From a virus (Duplodnaviria; Caudoviricetes), in IMG/VR virus record IMGVR_UViG_3300009037_000004, positions 32,001 to 96,000 of that record: DNA of 64,000 nucleotides, one strand, 5' to 3'. The position numbers were made by a program, and so were the translations under genes. The notes beneath the pieces were generated by a model. That model saw only the letters and a program-made list of their open reading frames with translations. It ran no database searches and had not been told where the DNA came from. This document shows, piece by piece, positions 1 to 8,527 of this stretch (position 1 is the stretch's first letter; the number at the start of each line of letters is the position of its first letter).

Positions 1-1
1 C

Positions 2-1033
2 GTCAACAACACCACGCTCATCAACCAGTGGCGCGACCAGATCGCTCTCTTCCTAGATGTCCCTGGTGGAGTGGGCTTGGTTCAAGGACCGCCGGAGGAA
101 TGGGACTGGGAAGGTCGAGGCATCTGCCTCTGTATGATCCACTCTCTCGGTCTCCGACACGCTGAACTTCCACTCAGCTTCGACCGATACTTCGGCCTCA
201 TCATCTACGACGAAGTCCATCACTTGTCGGCCCCGCTCTTTCTCCCCACTGCTCCTTTGTTCTACGGGGAGAGACACGGACTCACAGCAACGACCAGCAG
301 AGAAGATGGACTCGAAGCGATGTACCAGTACCACATCGGCCGAGTCTACTACCGAGACCTCACGCAAGACTTGAAGCCACGGATCTACTTCTTGGAGTGC
401 CCTATCAGGGTCAACATGAACGATCCAGTGATTCGAGCTGAAGTGACGGATAAGAACGGGAAGCTCAGTATCCCCCGTCTGCGAAACTACCTCGGGACTC
501 ACTCCGAGTGCAACGAGTTCATCGCCAGCAAGCTACGACAGCCCCTAGAGACTGGTCGGAAAGTGCTGGCGCTCAGTCACAGTGTCGATCAACTTCGACA
601 TCTCAACCGCATGTTCGAGAACTCGGGTCTATGCACTGGAAGCGAGAAGCCCGGGGCTCGTCTGGAAACTCTCCGCACCCGTCCGATTAGCTTTGGAACA
701 CTCCAGCTAGTGAAAGAGGGTCTGGATGAGGATACCCTTGATACCTTGTTCTTCCTCACGCCCTTCGGGAGTTCCGCGATCGAAGAGGGCGGCTTCAACA
801 CTCTCCAACAGGGCATCGGACGGATCCAACGCCGGAGAGAAGGAAAGCGTACTCCCGTGGTCGTGATCATCGATCACATCTACGTCCCCAAATTCCATCG
901 AATGTGCACGACCCTGAAACGCCAGTTCCAGAACTGGCCGAAGGATCAGGGAGGGCCGATGGAATACACCGTCCTAAAGCCCTACTCAAAGGAGACTCGC
1001 AATGAGAGAAGAACGATGGATTGCCGTCTCTGA
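2..1033 (+). CDS. Superfamily 2 DNA helicase (UvsW/XPB-like), 5'-truncated by the window
   Basis: Motif II IYDEVHH, motif III GLTATTSREDG, motif V KEGLD, motif VI QQGIGRIQR. The frame is open back to position 2 (VNNTTLINQW, motif Ia-like). Confidence 0.9.
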   Translation, partial: VNNTTLINQWRDQIALFLDVPGGVGLVQGPPEEWDWEGRGICLCMIHSLGLRHAELPLSFDRYFGLIIYDEVHHLSAPLFLPTAPLFYGERHGLTATTSREDGLEAMYQYHIGRVYYRDLTQDLKPRIYFLECPIRVNMNDPVIRAEVTDKNGKLSIPRLRNYLGTHSECNEFIASKLRQPLETGRKVLALSHSVDQLRHLNRMFENSGLCTGSEKPGARLETLRTRPISFGTLQLVKEGLDEDTLDTLFFLTPFGSSAIEEGGFNTLQQGIGRIQRRREGKRTPVVVIIDHIYVPKFHRMCTTLKRQFQNWPKDQGGPMEYTVLKPYSKETRNERRTMDCRL

Positions 1034-1397
1034 CGGAACGCCACAGACCTGGTACATCGGGAAGACTGATCTGACGGAAGATCAGGTCGTCCAGGCCAAC
1101 AGCATCCTCCTGACAGAATGTCTGATGGCCAGGTCCATCATAGTCCCAGCCCAAGAAGGCTTCGGCCAGACCGACTTCTTCGCCCATCTCAACTTCTCCA
1201 AGAAGCCGATCACGCTTCGTGTTCGACCCATCGCCTGGTACTGGCTCGATCAGAATGAGGAAATGCTGAAGATCTTCCAGGTCGCGCTCGAGCAGAAGAT
1301 GCAGCAGGACATGATTGACAGGGCCAAAGCAGCAGGGCTGGCAATCGCGGGCGAGTCCCAAATCACGAAGGACGGGCTGAGGATGAAAATCCGATGA
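1002..1397 (+). CDS. Hypothetical protein (131 aa)
   Basis: AGGAG RBS upstream of the ATG; stop overlaps the next start (ATGA). Confidence 0.7.
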   Translation: MREERWIAVSDGTPQTWYIGKTDLTEDQVVQANSILLTECLMARSIIVPAQEGFGQTDFFAHLNFSKKPITLRVRPIAWYWLDQNEEMLKIFQVALEQKMQQDMIDRAKAAGLAIAGESQITKDGLRMKIR

Positions 1398-2146
1398 GCG
1401 TGCTAGCTCCCAAGCTCCTCCAGCTCCAGAGGGAGTGGGCAGACTGCACTCGATGCAAGCTCTCCAAGACCCGCAACAAGCTAGTGTTCGGAGAGGGAAA
1501 CCCAGGGGCGCACATCCTGGTCCTTGGGGAAGCCCCCGGGGAACACGAGGACGAGACCGGTCTGCCCTTTCAGGGGGAGGCGGGAAGCATCCTCAATGGC
1601 TACCTCGAGAGCATGCAGATTGACCGAGATCGAGACCTCTACGTCACCAATGTCGTTTGTTGCCGACCCACGGTCGAAGGCAAAGACGAGAGGACTGGAG
1701 AGCCTCGCATCGAGAACCGTCCACCCTCTAAGATTGAGCGGGAGGCATGTCGTCCCCGACTTCTGGAGACCATCTACCTTGTCGATCCACTTCTCATCGT
1801 CACCATCGGGAAGGTGCCTTTCCAAGCCTTGTTCGGGAAAGCACCTACCATCGCCTCAATCCGAGGCCGGATGCACACATTCCATCTTCCCGGCCGACAC
1901 ACGGATGTGAGATACGCCGTGCTGCCGATGTATCACACCGCGTTCCTCTATCGGACGCACGACAACCGACACGAAGGACCATGGGGGAGAACCTCGACCG
2001 ACTGGGCGAAGGTTTGTAGTGTTATCGATCATCTTCGGGAGGTCTACTACGGCATCCCACAACCACAAAGGGAGAACGAACCTGATGACGAAGGCGGCGA
2101 ATCGAAGTCTCGCCGAACGCGCCGTGGAGCAGTTTCACGACGCTGA
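1394..2146 (+). CDS. Uracil-DNA glycosylase, family 4 (Fe-S type)
   Basis: CTRCKL..R..LVFGEG, GEAPG.HED..GLPF.G.AG, TNVVCCRP, NRPP...E..AC, MYH.A motifs. Confidence 0.93.
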   Translation: MSVLAPKLLQLQREWADCTRCKLSKTRNKLVFGEGNPGAHILVLGEAPGEHEDETGLPFQGEAGSILNGYLESMQIDRDRDLYVTNVVCCRPTVEGKDERTGEPRIENRPPSKIEREACRPRLLETIYLVDPLLIVTIGKVPFQALFGKAPTIASIRGRMHTFHLPGRHTDVRYAVLPMYHTAFLYRTHDNRHEGPWGRTSTDWAKVCSVIDHLREVYYGIPQPQRENEPDDEGGESKSRRTRRGAVSRR

Positions 2147-2567
2147 GGCTCAGCTACGAGAGTTCCTCACCGACCCAGACATCCACGATCTCATGCAGGA
2201 GTTCGAGCGCCGAGTCGATCTACGAAACCAAGCCCTGGACGCAGCGATGCGGGCGATCAAAGGCGAGCTGCGAAGCTCCGACAAGGAGAAGCTCGTCATC
2301 CAGGGGCTGGGCGCACAGAAGCGGTACAAGCGGTGGTACGACACTGACTTCTTGGCCAATGCTCTCCCCGCCGAGCAGGCAGATCTCATCCTCACGGAGA
2401 AGATCACCTACGAGGTCAACCAGACCCGGCTCGAGCAGCTTGCCCGACAGGGAGAGATCAACAACGAGATCGTACGAGAATCTTACCGACAAGAGGAGAT
2501 GGCGCCGGCGAGTATGCCTGGGACACCGAAGGAGTACATCCTTCCGGCCATCCCGGTGAACGAATGA
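2085..2567 (+). CDS. Hypothetical helical protein
   Basis: ATG at 2085 follows a GGAG RBS; ORF-track frame 2019..2567; overlaps the next start. Confidence 0.7.
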   Translation: MTKAANRSLAERAVEQFHDAEAQLREFLTDPDIHDLMQEFERRVDLRNQALDAAMRAIKGELRSSDKEKLVIQGLGAQKRYKRWYDTDFLANALPAEQADLILTEKITYEVNQTRLEQLARQGEINNEIVRESYRQEEMAPASMPGTPKEYILPAIPVNE

Positions 2568-3001
2568 CACGCGCCACCTACTCAGGAACCGCCCGCGTCT
2601 GGAATCGTACAGACGATCGGGAGACAAGGAGATATGAGATGGCGGGATCGCGCATAGTCGATGTCCCAGAAGGAAACGCTCGGGTCACCGCGACCCGTGG
2701 CTTCAAGAACTGGTTCAGCACTCGGGAGGCCGGGCTGACGGTCGAGTCCACCGTGTCCGTGATGATCTCCTGCGAGCAGAGTGAGAGTGCTATCTCAATC
2801 GCGGCCGAAGCTGCGGGAGAGCTGGCAGAGGGACTGGCAATCGAGGGCGGCGAGAAGATGGGCATGCACATGGATCGATTTGCCCGTCAGGTGTCAGAGG
2901 GACTGGGCGATCGACCTCCCAGTCCTCCCCGCCATCGAGAGGTCGAGGAGCCGGTTCGCCGAAGTGAGAAGGTCCGCCGGGGCCTGCCGGGGCGAAGATG
3001 A
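2564..3001 (+). CDS. Hypothetical protein
   Basis: ATGA-coupled to both neighbours. Confidence 0.65.
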   Translation: MTRATYSGTARVWNRTDDRETRRYEMAGSRIVDVPEGNARVTATRGFKNWFSTREAGLTVESTVSVMISCEQSESAISIAAEAAGELAEGLAIEGGEKMGMHMDRFARQVSEGLGDRPPSPPRHREVEEPVRRSEKVRRGLPGRR

Positions 3002-3348
3002 TCATCACCAAAGCCGACTGCCGCATCAACGGACTTCACATCCTGGAGGTCACCATCACTACCCAGCCAGCGCCCGGATACCGGCCGGTCATGGTGGCCT
3101 CCTACGTGAAGGTCGAAGAGCAAGACCTGGGTGACGGACGGAAGGTTCTCAACACCCACGGAAAGTGCACCACGACACCCGTGACTCAGCGGGGCGTGGA
3201 CTGGTCCGAGAACACGAAGAGGCTCCTGGATGAACTACTGGAGTCCATGGAGCAAGATCTTCTACCCCGGCATTTCAAGACTGCCGGACAGGAGGGTTTG
3301 AATGAACGGGATTCGTCTGGAGACTCTGAAGACGCTAGCCAAATTTGA
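2998..3348 (+). CDS. Hypothetical protein
   Basis: ATGA-coupled; fits the operon tiling. Confidence 0.65.
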   Translation: MIITKADCRINGLHILEVTITTQPAPGYRPVMVASYVKVEEQDLGDGRKVLNTHGKCTTTPVTQRGVDWSENTKRLLDELLESMEQDLLPRHFKTAGQEGLNERDSSGDSEDASQI

Positions 3349-4459
3349 GGATGTCCGTGCTGTCGTGGCAGCGGAAGACGACCTCAAGAACCCGGATGTC
3401 GAGATCGAGATGGCCAAGCTGCGGATCGTCCCGCACGTCGAGCAGGTCATCAATGACCCCAAGCCCAGGCTCTTCTTCGACATCGAGATCCCCCAGCAGG
3501 GGACGTTCCGCATGACGGACTGGGCCAAGAAGCAGCTCGGCCAGGTCCTGGGCATCCAGTGGGGGAAGTGGTTCGACTCCAAGCTCGTGACGGCCGAGAT
3601 CGTGCAGGAGGAGATCCACAGGCGCTTCTCCCGGACCGGAGACTCCCGGAAGCTCCGCACCAAGAGGTTCAAGCCCGGCGCCCCCGGTGTCGATGGGTGC
3701 GATGGCTACATGAGGGCCATCCTCAGTCCCACCTACCACCCCATCGATGACGAGCGTGTCTTCGACCGGATGGACAAGCGGTTCGGGAGCCGGCTGGAGG
3801 AGATGAGGTTCATGCCGAATCACCTCTCCAAGAAGAGCTCCTGGGGCAACGATCACTGCAACCACTACACGATCGTGGGCCCGCCCATCAGCCTGGGGGC
3901 CATCGACATGAACCACCCCGACCCGGCTGTGGCGCACTGGTACAAGGTGGCGGCGATGGAGAAGAAGCTGCCGACCGATGACACGGTCTACCCGGGCTAC
4001 CACATGAGGAACTCCGAGGTTGGCTTCACCGCCATCACCATCGATGAGTTCTGCTTCCGGCTGGTCTGTCTCAACGGGCTGATGATCACGGTGGGCGACT
4101 CCCGCCTTCTCTACCGGCAGCACCGCGGCATCACGGATGACGAGATCGACAAGCAGCTCGACAAGGCCCTCACCAACGCCCCCCTCCGCTGGGAGGACAC
4201 CAGGCAGAAGATGCTCAAGGCGCAGGGCCACTCCATCGAGAATCCGGCCGAGTTTCTCGAGACCGAGCTGAAGAGGCTCGATGCCCCCAAGTACTTCCGC
4301 GAGGCGGCGATCAAGGCACTGGAAGAGGAGCCTCTCCGAAACCTCTACGGTGCGGTCCAGGCCGTCACCCGCGCGGCGCAGGAGTACCACGAGGACATGG
4401 ACCAGCGGTACGAGTTCGAGGCGCTGGGTGGGCGCATCCTCCAGAAAGTCCTGGCCTAG
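3302..4459 (+). CDS. DUF932-family protein
   Basis: RNSEVG...IDEFCFRLVCLNG signature, C-terminal YGAVQAVT.AAQ; GGAGG RBS; strong GC3 bias. Confidence 0.8.
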   Translation: MNGIRLETLKTLAKFEDVRAVVAAEDDLKNPDVEIEMAKLRIVPHVEQVINDPKPRLFFDIEIPQQGTFRMTDWAKKQLGQVLGIQWGKWFDSKLVTAEIVQEEIHRRFSRTGDSRKLRTKRFKPGAPGVDGCDGYMRAILSPTYHPIDDERVFDRMDKRFGSRLEEMRFMPNHLSKKSSWGNDHCNHYTIVGPPISLGAIDMNHPDPAVAHWYKVAAMEKKLPTDDTVYPGYHMRNSEVGFTAITIDEFCFRLVCLNGLMITVGDSRLLYRQHRGITDDEIDKQLDKALTNAPLRWEDTRQKMLKAQGHSIENPAEFLETELKRLDAPKYFREAAIKALEEEPLRNLYGAVQAVTRAAQEYHEDMDQRYEFEALGGRILQKVLA

Positions 4460-4468
4460 TTTCCAGCC

Positions 4469-4535
4469 GGTGGGAGGAGGGATTTACCCCTCTTGACGGA
4501 CGCTGTTTGGAGGGGTACGGATCTCTCCTCCCACC
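4469..4535 (+). promoter_or_regulatory. Long imperfect intergenic inverted repeat (about 30-bp hairpin) overlapping a weak TTGACG-N17-TACGGA promoter-like sequence
   Basis: GGTGGGAGGAGGGAT (4469-4483) pairs with ATCTCTCCTCCCACC (4521-4535); TACCCCTC (4485-4492) pairs with GAGGGGTA (4510-4517). Confidence 0.7.
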
Positions 4536-4551
4536 ATCTCAGGAGGAATCA

Positions 4552-4860
4552 ATGCCGTCAAAACCGACGCTGGAAACGCTGGCCAAGCAAGAGCAGAGCC
4601 TGCGGGACAAGATCACTCGTCTGGAGAAAGAACTCCGGGCGCTGAAGGACGTGCTCAACATCCACGACAACTGGAATGCCGAGATTCGAGAATGGATCGG
4701 GAAGCAAGTGAAGGTAAGGACCTCGGTGGATGGGTTCGTCGGAGGGAAGCTTCTCTGGTCTGATCGCTACAACATTTGCCTGGAGATCGCCACCAGTTCT
4801 GCAATGCTACACAAGCGCATTGTCAACAAGGGTCACATCGTCTGGATCGAGCTTACCTAG
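4552..4860 (+). CDS. Coiled-coil plus Sm/Hfq-like (LSm fold) protein
   Basis: AGGAGG RBS; IGKQVKV....G.VGGKLLWSDRYNICL is Sm1-like and IVNKGHIVWI is Sm2-like. Confidence 0.6.
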   Translation: MPSKPTLETLAKQEQSLRDKITRLEKELRALKDVLNIHDNWNAEIREWIGKQVKVRTSVDGFVGGKLLWSDRYNICLEIATSSAMLHKRIVNKGHIVWIELT

Positions 4861-4868
4861 GAGGGTCC

Positions 4869-6353
4869 ATGGCCAACGACGAACTTGTTCTACTCTCAAA
4901 GGTTCTGGAAGAGCAGGACATTCGACCTCTCACGGATGCCAACATCACGCTCAACCACTTCCAGACCGAAGACGGTCAACTGATCTACCGGCGTATCACG
5001 CGGTACTACAAGATGCCCAAGACCGCTGGTCTTGTCCCCTCCCGCGAATACATCGAGAAGAACTTCCCCACGGTCACGCTCCCCAAGCCGCCCAAGAAGA
5101 CGACGCTGAAGGCGCTGGTGGAGGAGTTCCTCCAAACCTATCTCCGTTCAGAGCTCCAGCTCATGGCGGACAGGATCGTGGAATCTCTGGCCAGCTCCGA
5201 TAACCCGGACACCACGCTGGACGAGGTGGGGGAGAAGTACCTGGAGCTATCGGCGAAACGGCGGATTAGCGAAGATCAGATCGTAGCTGACATTGCCAAG
5301 AACATCAAGGAACGCTACGACAGCGCAGCAGCAGGAGGACTCACCGGCATCCCCTACCCTTGGGACCATTTCAACCTGGAAAGCACGGGGTTCAACAACG
5401 GTGAATTTGTGCTCCTCTATGGCCGGCCCAAGTCCATGAAGACCTGGATCCTCCTGGTCTGTGCCTGCCACGCCTACGACTTTGCCAACCGGCGGGTTCT
5501 CATCTGCACAAGAGAGATGAAGCCGGAGGAGATCGCAGACCGCTGCATCTGTCTGCTCATTGAGGCTCCTTACCGAGCCTTCAAGCGCAAGACACTCGAT
5601 CAGATTCCTGTCCCGGAAGGCGGGACGATGTACGATCGATTCGCCCGCTATCTCGACACGATGAAGATAGACGAGAACACCTGCCGAATCGAGATGGGCA
5701 GAGACAAGTCTCTGATCATCACCAGTGACCGAGCTGACCCGAATGGTGGGGGTGTCTCCGGGCTGCGGCAGAAGATTCGGGACCACAGACCAGACGCGCT
5801 GTACGTGGACGGCTTGTACCTCATGCGGCATGAGGGCCGGCGATCTCCCAAGTGGAATGACCAGACAGCCATCGCGCAGGACATCCGAGATCTGGCCCTG
5901 GACGAAAACCTCCCCATCATGGGGACCAACCAGGCAAACCGTGACAGCGAAGATCGCGGTGGCAAGTCTGCCTCCAACATCTCCTATGCGGATGCCTACG
6001 GCCAGTCGTGCACCACCGCAATCGAGATCATGAAGAAGACGACGCCAGACCCCGAGGTGAACGAGCTGGCTCTGGCCATCACGGTCGCCCGGGAGATGAA
6101 CATCACCGGCTTCGCCATCAACGGGAATCCGGCCACTGACTTCGGATGTCTGATGACCAAGCAGCGCAACCTGGAGGGCAATGTGGTCGTAGACGAGGAC
6201 GGGAATCCAGTCTTGACGCCCCTCATCTTCCAGGAGTACTCCGACCTGAAGAACTTCTTCAAGGAGGAGGAAGAGCGTCCTCGTACCAAGTCCAAGATGG
6301 CTGATCATGCTCGGGAAGCCTGGAGGGAGTTGAAAGGGCGGAAAAGCTCGTGA
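4869..6353 (+). CDS. dnaB: Replicative DnaB-like helicase
   Basis: GIPYPW..FN..STG, Walker A GRPKSMKT, TREM, Walker B YVDGLYL, NQANR. Confidence 0.9.
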   Translation: MANDELVLLSKVLEEQDIRPLTDANITLNHFQTEDGQLIYRRITRYYKMPKTAGLVPSREYIEKNFPTVTLPKPPKKTTLKALVEEFLQTYLRSELQLMADRIVESLASSDNPDTTLDEVGEKYLELSAKRRISEDQIVADIAKNIKERYDSAAAGGLTGIPYPWDHFNLESTGFNNGEFVLLYGRPKSMKTWILLVCACHAYDFANRRVLICTREMKPEEIADRCICLLIEAPYRAFKRKTLDQIPVPEGGTMYDRFARYLDTMKIDENTCRIEMGRDKSLIITSDRADPNGGGVSGLRQKIRDHRPDALYVDGLYLMRHEGRRSPKWNDQTAIAQDIRDLALDENLPIMGTNQANRDSEDRGGKSASNISYADAYGQSCTTAIEIMKKTTPDPEVNELALAITVAREMNITGFAINGNPATDFGCLMTKQRNLEGNVVVDEDGNPVLTPLIFQEYSDLKNFFKEEEERPRTKSKMADHAREAWRELKGRKSS

Positions 6354-7342
6354 GGGACACCGTCCTTCGATCGGCCAAGAAATACCTGCGCTTCACCAGG
6401 ATGTCCGGGCCGAACAATGTCGGCGGCCCCTGCCCCTTCCACAAGCAAGGGGAAGAGAAGAAGCCGTCGTTCTACATGAATTTGTCAACAGGGGTCTACT
6501 ACTGCCACGCCTGCGGGGCCAAGGGGACGTTCATCCAATTCCTCCAGAAGATGGGGGCTCCCCGAGACCTGATCGACATGACGCTGGAGGAGGAGAAAAC
6601 CCGCCCTCGCCAGCCCCGCAGAGACGTTCACATCAACGCCGGAAGAGGCGATCACTTCCTGAACGAGTCCATTCTTGGCGTCTTCCAGTACCTTCCAACC
6701 AACTTGGTGAAGGAGGGATTCGACCCAAAACTGCTGAAGAAACTAGAGATTGGATTCGACAAGCACGCAATGCGTATCATCTTCCCAATTCGCGACCTGG
6801 AGGGGAGGCTGGTAGGACTGGCTGGACGCACTGTGTTGGGGGAGGGTGAAAAGTACCGTGTTTACAAGGCGCAGGACATCCTACCGTATGCCCCTGACGA
6901 CCCTGTAGTTCGAGCCAGATACGAGAAATACGACATCAAGAGCCACAACTTCCTGTGGAACGGCCACAACGTCTACCCGTTGGCTTTCTTCGACAAACTT
7001 GATACAGTCGTGGTGGTCGAAGGCTACAAAGCGTGTATCTGGTTGATCCAACACGACATCGACAACGTAGTCGCGCTTCAGGGAAGCCGAATGTCGGGAG
7101 CTCAGGAACGAATCTTCTCCCGGCTAGGCTGCACGATCATTCTGTTCCTCGACAACAACAAAGCAGGGAAGGAGGGAATGCTGGATACCGGCCGGAGGCT
7201 CAGACGAAGGGGTCTTCGGGTCTTGTGTGCGCGATACCCAGACTGGGCGGATGACCACACCCAGCCAGACAACCTTGATCAAGCCAGCCTTTTAGGGGTC
7301 CTTGACGCCGCCGTAGACTGGCACTTTTGGAGGTCAAGATGA
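6350..7342 (+). CDS. dnaG: DNA primase (CHC2 zinc finger plus Toprim)
   Basis: CPFH..EKKPSF...YYCHACG; RIIFPIRD..G.LVG.AGR; VVEGY; FLDNN.AG. Confidence 0.92.
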   Translation: MRDTVLRSAKKYLRFTRMSGPNNVGGPCPFHKQGEEKKPSFYMNLSTGVYYCHACGAKGTFIQFLQKMGAPRDLIDMTLEEEKTRPRQPRRDVHINAGRGDHFLNESILGVFQYLPTNLVKEGFDPKLLKKLEIGFDKHAMRIIFPIRDLEGRLVGLAGRTVLGEGEKYRVYKAQDILPYAPDDPVVRARYEKYDIKSHNFLWNGHNVYPLAFFDKLDTVVVVEGYKACIWLIQHDIDNVVALQGSRMSGAQERIFSRLGCTIILFLDNNKAGKEGMLDTGRRLRRRGLRVLCARYPDWADDHTQPDNLDQASLLGVLDAAVDWHFWRSR

Positions 7343-8472
7343 GCTATTCAGCGAAGAGAAGTTCCTTCGGACAGCGCGTCCAGGGATACAACACGAGGAG
7401 AAGCGAGAGCTCGGGTGGGGGCAGGGGCGGGGGTCTCAGCATCCGGTGGAGACACCGCTGGGCACCGCCTGTGGGGGTCACCACCCAGGCCATCCTCCTC
7501 CCCGGCAACTACCTCAACATGGAAGGAGAGGAGACCGAGTACTTCCCCTACGTCGATCACTTCGCGGCCCGCTCGAACAGGGGCTTCATCTGCTCGAAGA
7601 AGTACCAGATCGTGGACGGGGAACTGACGAGCGTGGGCGGCAAGTGCCTGGGGTGCAAGGAGAGGGAAGGGGGTGCCGATGACATCCGCTGGAGCATGAA
7701 GCACGCCTTCAACGTCCTCCACCTCGCCTGGTACCACAAGGTTCCGGCCGAAGACGAACACGGCCGGCCCATCAAATACACGAAGGGGAAGCGCACGGGC
7801 GAGCAGATCATGAACGATGAGATCTGCGAAGGTCGCCGCTGCCCCCACTGCGCCGCCAAGCTCGACAAGTTCTTCGGCCGCAAGGTCCACTGGAGCATCG
7901 GCTCCGGTCACATGAGCGAACTCGCGGGCATCGTGTCCGAGATCGAGAAGGACTGCAAGAGCTGCGGGGAAGGCCGCCTGGAGACTGTCTCCTACGAGTG
8001 CGACAAGTGTGGCTTCCCGCTCATCGACATGCAGACCACGGAGATGAAGCTGGAGGACATCCTCAGCTTCGTGGCCCGCAAGCGCGAGTGCCCCAAGTGC
8101 GGCAACGTCGCGATCCCCCTCAAGCAGGTGGAGTGTGACCACTGCCAGGACCCCAAGCCGCTGTCGATCTTCGACTGCGAGCTGGAGATCAAGCGCCAGG
8201 GTGAGGGCACCAACTCGACCGTCCAGGTTCCCAGATGGACCGCCATCGACATCATGTCCTACAAGGATAAGGTCGATGACTTCGAGGAGAAGATCAAGCC
8301 GTTCGTCTTCAAGAAGATCTTCTGCTCCGATCCGTTCGACATCCAGGCGAAGATCCTGAAGATCAAGAACCCCTGGGGCTCCGAGAATCCCGATGCGGAC
8401 AAGCACGCGAAGGGGTACGAAGAGGGCGAAGGAGGAGAGGGAGAAGAGGGCGACCCCGACTACAACGAGTAG
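7339..8472 (+). CDS. Putative single-stranded DNA-binding protein with several Zn ribbons and an acidic tail
   Basis: Lies between primase and polymerase; IKRQGEGTNST resembles gp32-like SSBs; six CxxC pairs; C-terminus EEGEGGEGEEGDPDYNE. Confidence 0.6.
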   Translation: MSYSAKRSSFGQRVQGYNTRRSESSGGGRGGGLSIRWRHRWAPPVGVTTQAILLPGNYLNMEGEETEYFPYVDHFAARSNRGFICSKKYQIVDGELTSVGGKCLGCKEREGGADDIRWSMKHAFNVLHLAWYHKVPAEDEHGRPIKYTKGKRTGEQIMNDEICEGRRCPHCAAKLDKFFGRKVHWSIGSGHMSELAGIVSEIEKDCKSCGEGRLETVSYECDKCGFPLIDMQTTEMKLEDILSFVARKRECPKCGNVAIPLKQVECDHCQDPKPLSIFDCELEIKRQGEGTNSTVQVPRWTAIDIMSYKDKVDDFEEKIKPFVFKKIFCSDPFDIQAKILKIKNPWGSENPDADKHAKGYEEGEGGEGEEGDPDYNE

Positions 8473-8478
8473 CCTGAC

Positions 8479-8516
8479 AGACACCCCCTCCTGTGGCGGG
8501 AGGGGGTGTCTCTTTT
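8479..8516 (+). terminator. Intrinsic terminator-like hairpin after the SSB-like gene
   Basis: 13-bp stem AGACACCCCCTCC / GGAGGGGGTGTCT, 7-nt loop, followed by CTTTT. Confidence 0.75.
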
Positions 8517-8527
8517 GTGGAGGACCA

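Noticed and set aside
3335-6308. 351-aa and 353-aa - strand ORFs
   Set aside because: Antisense to DUF932 and DnaB, which carry clear family motifs.
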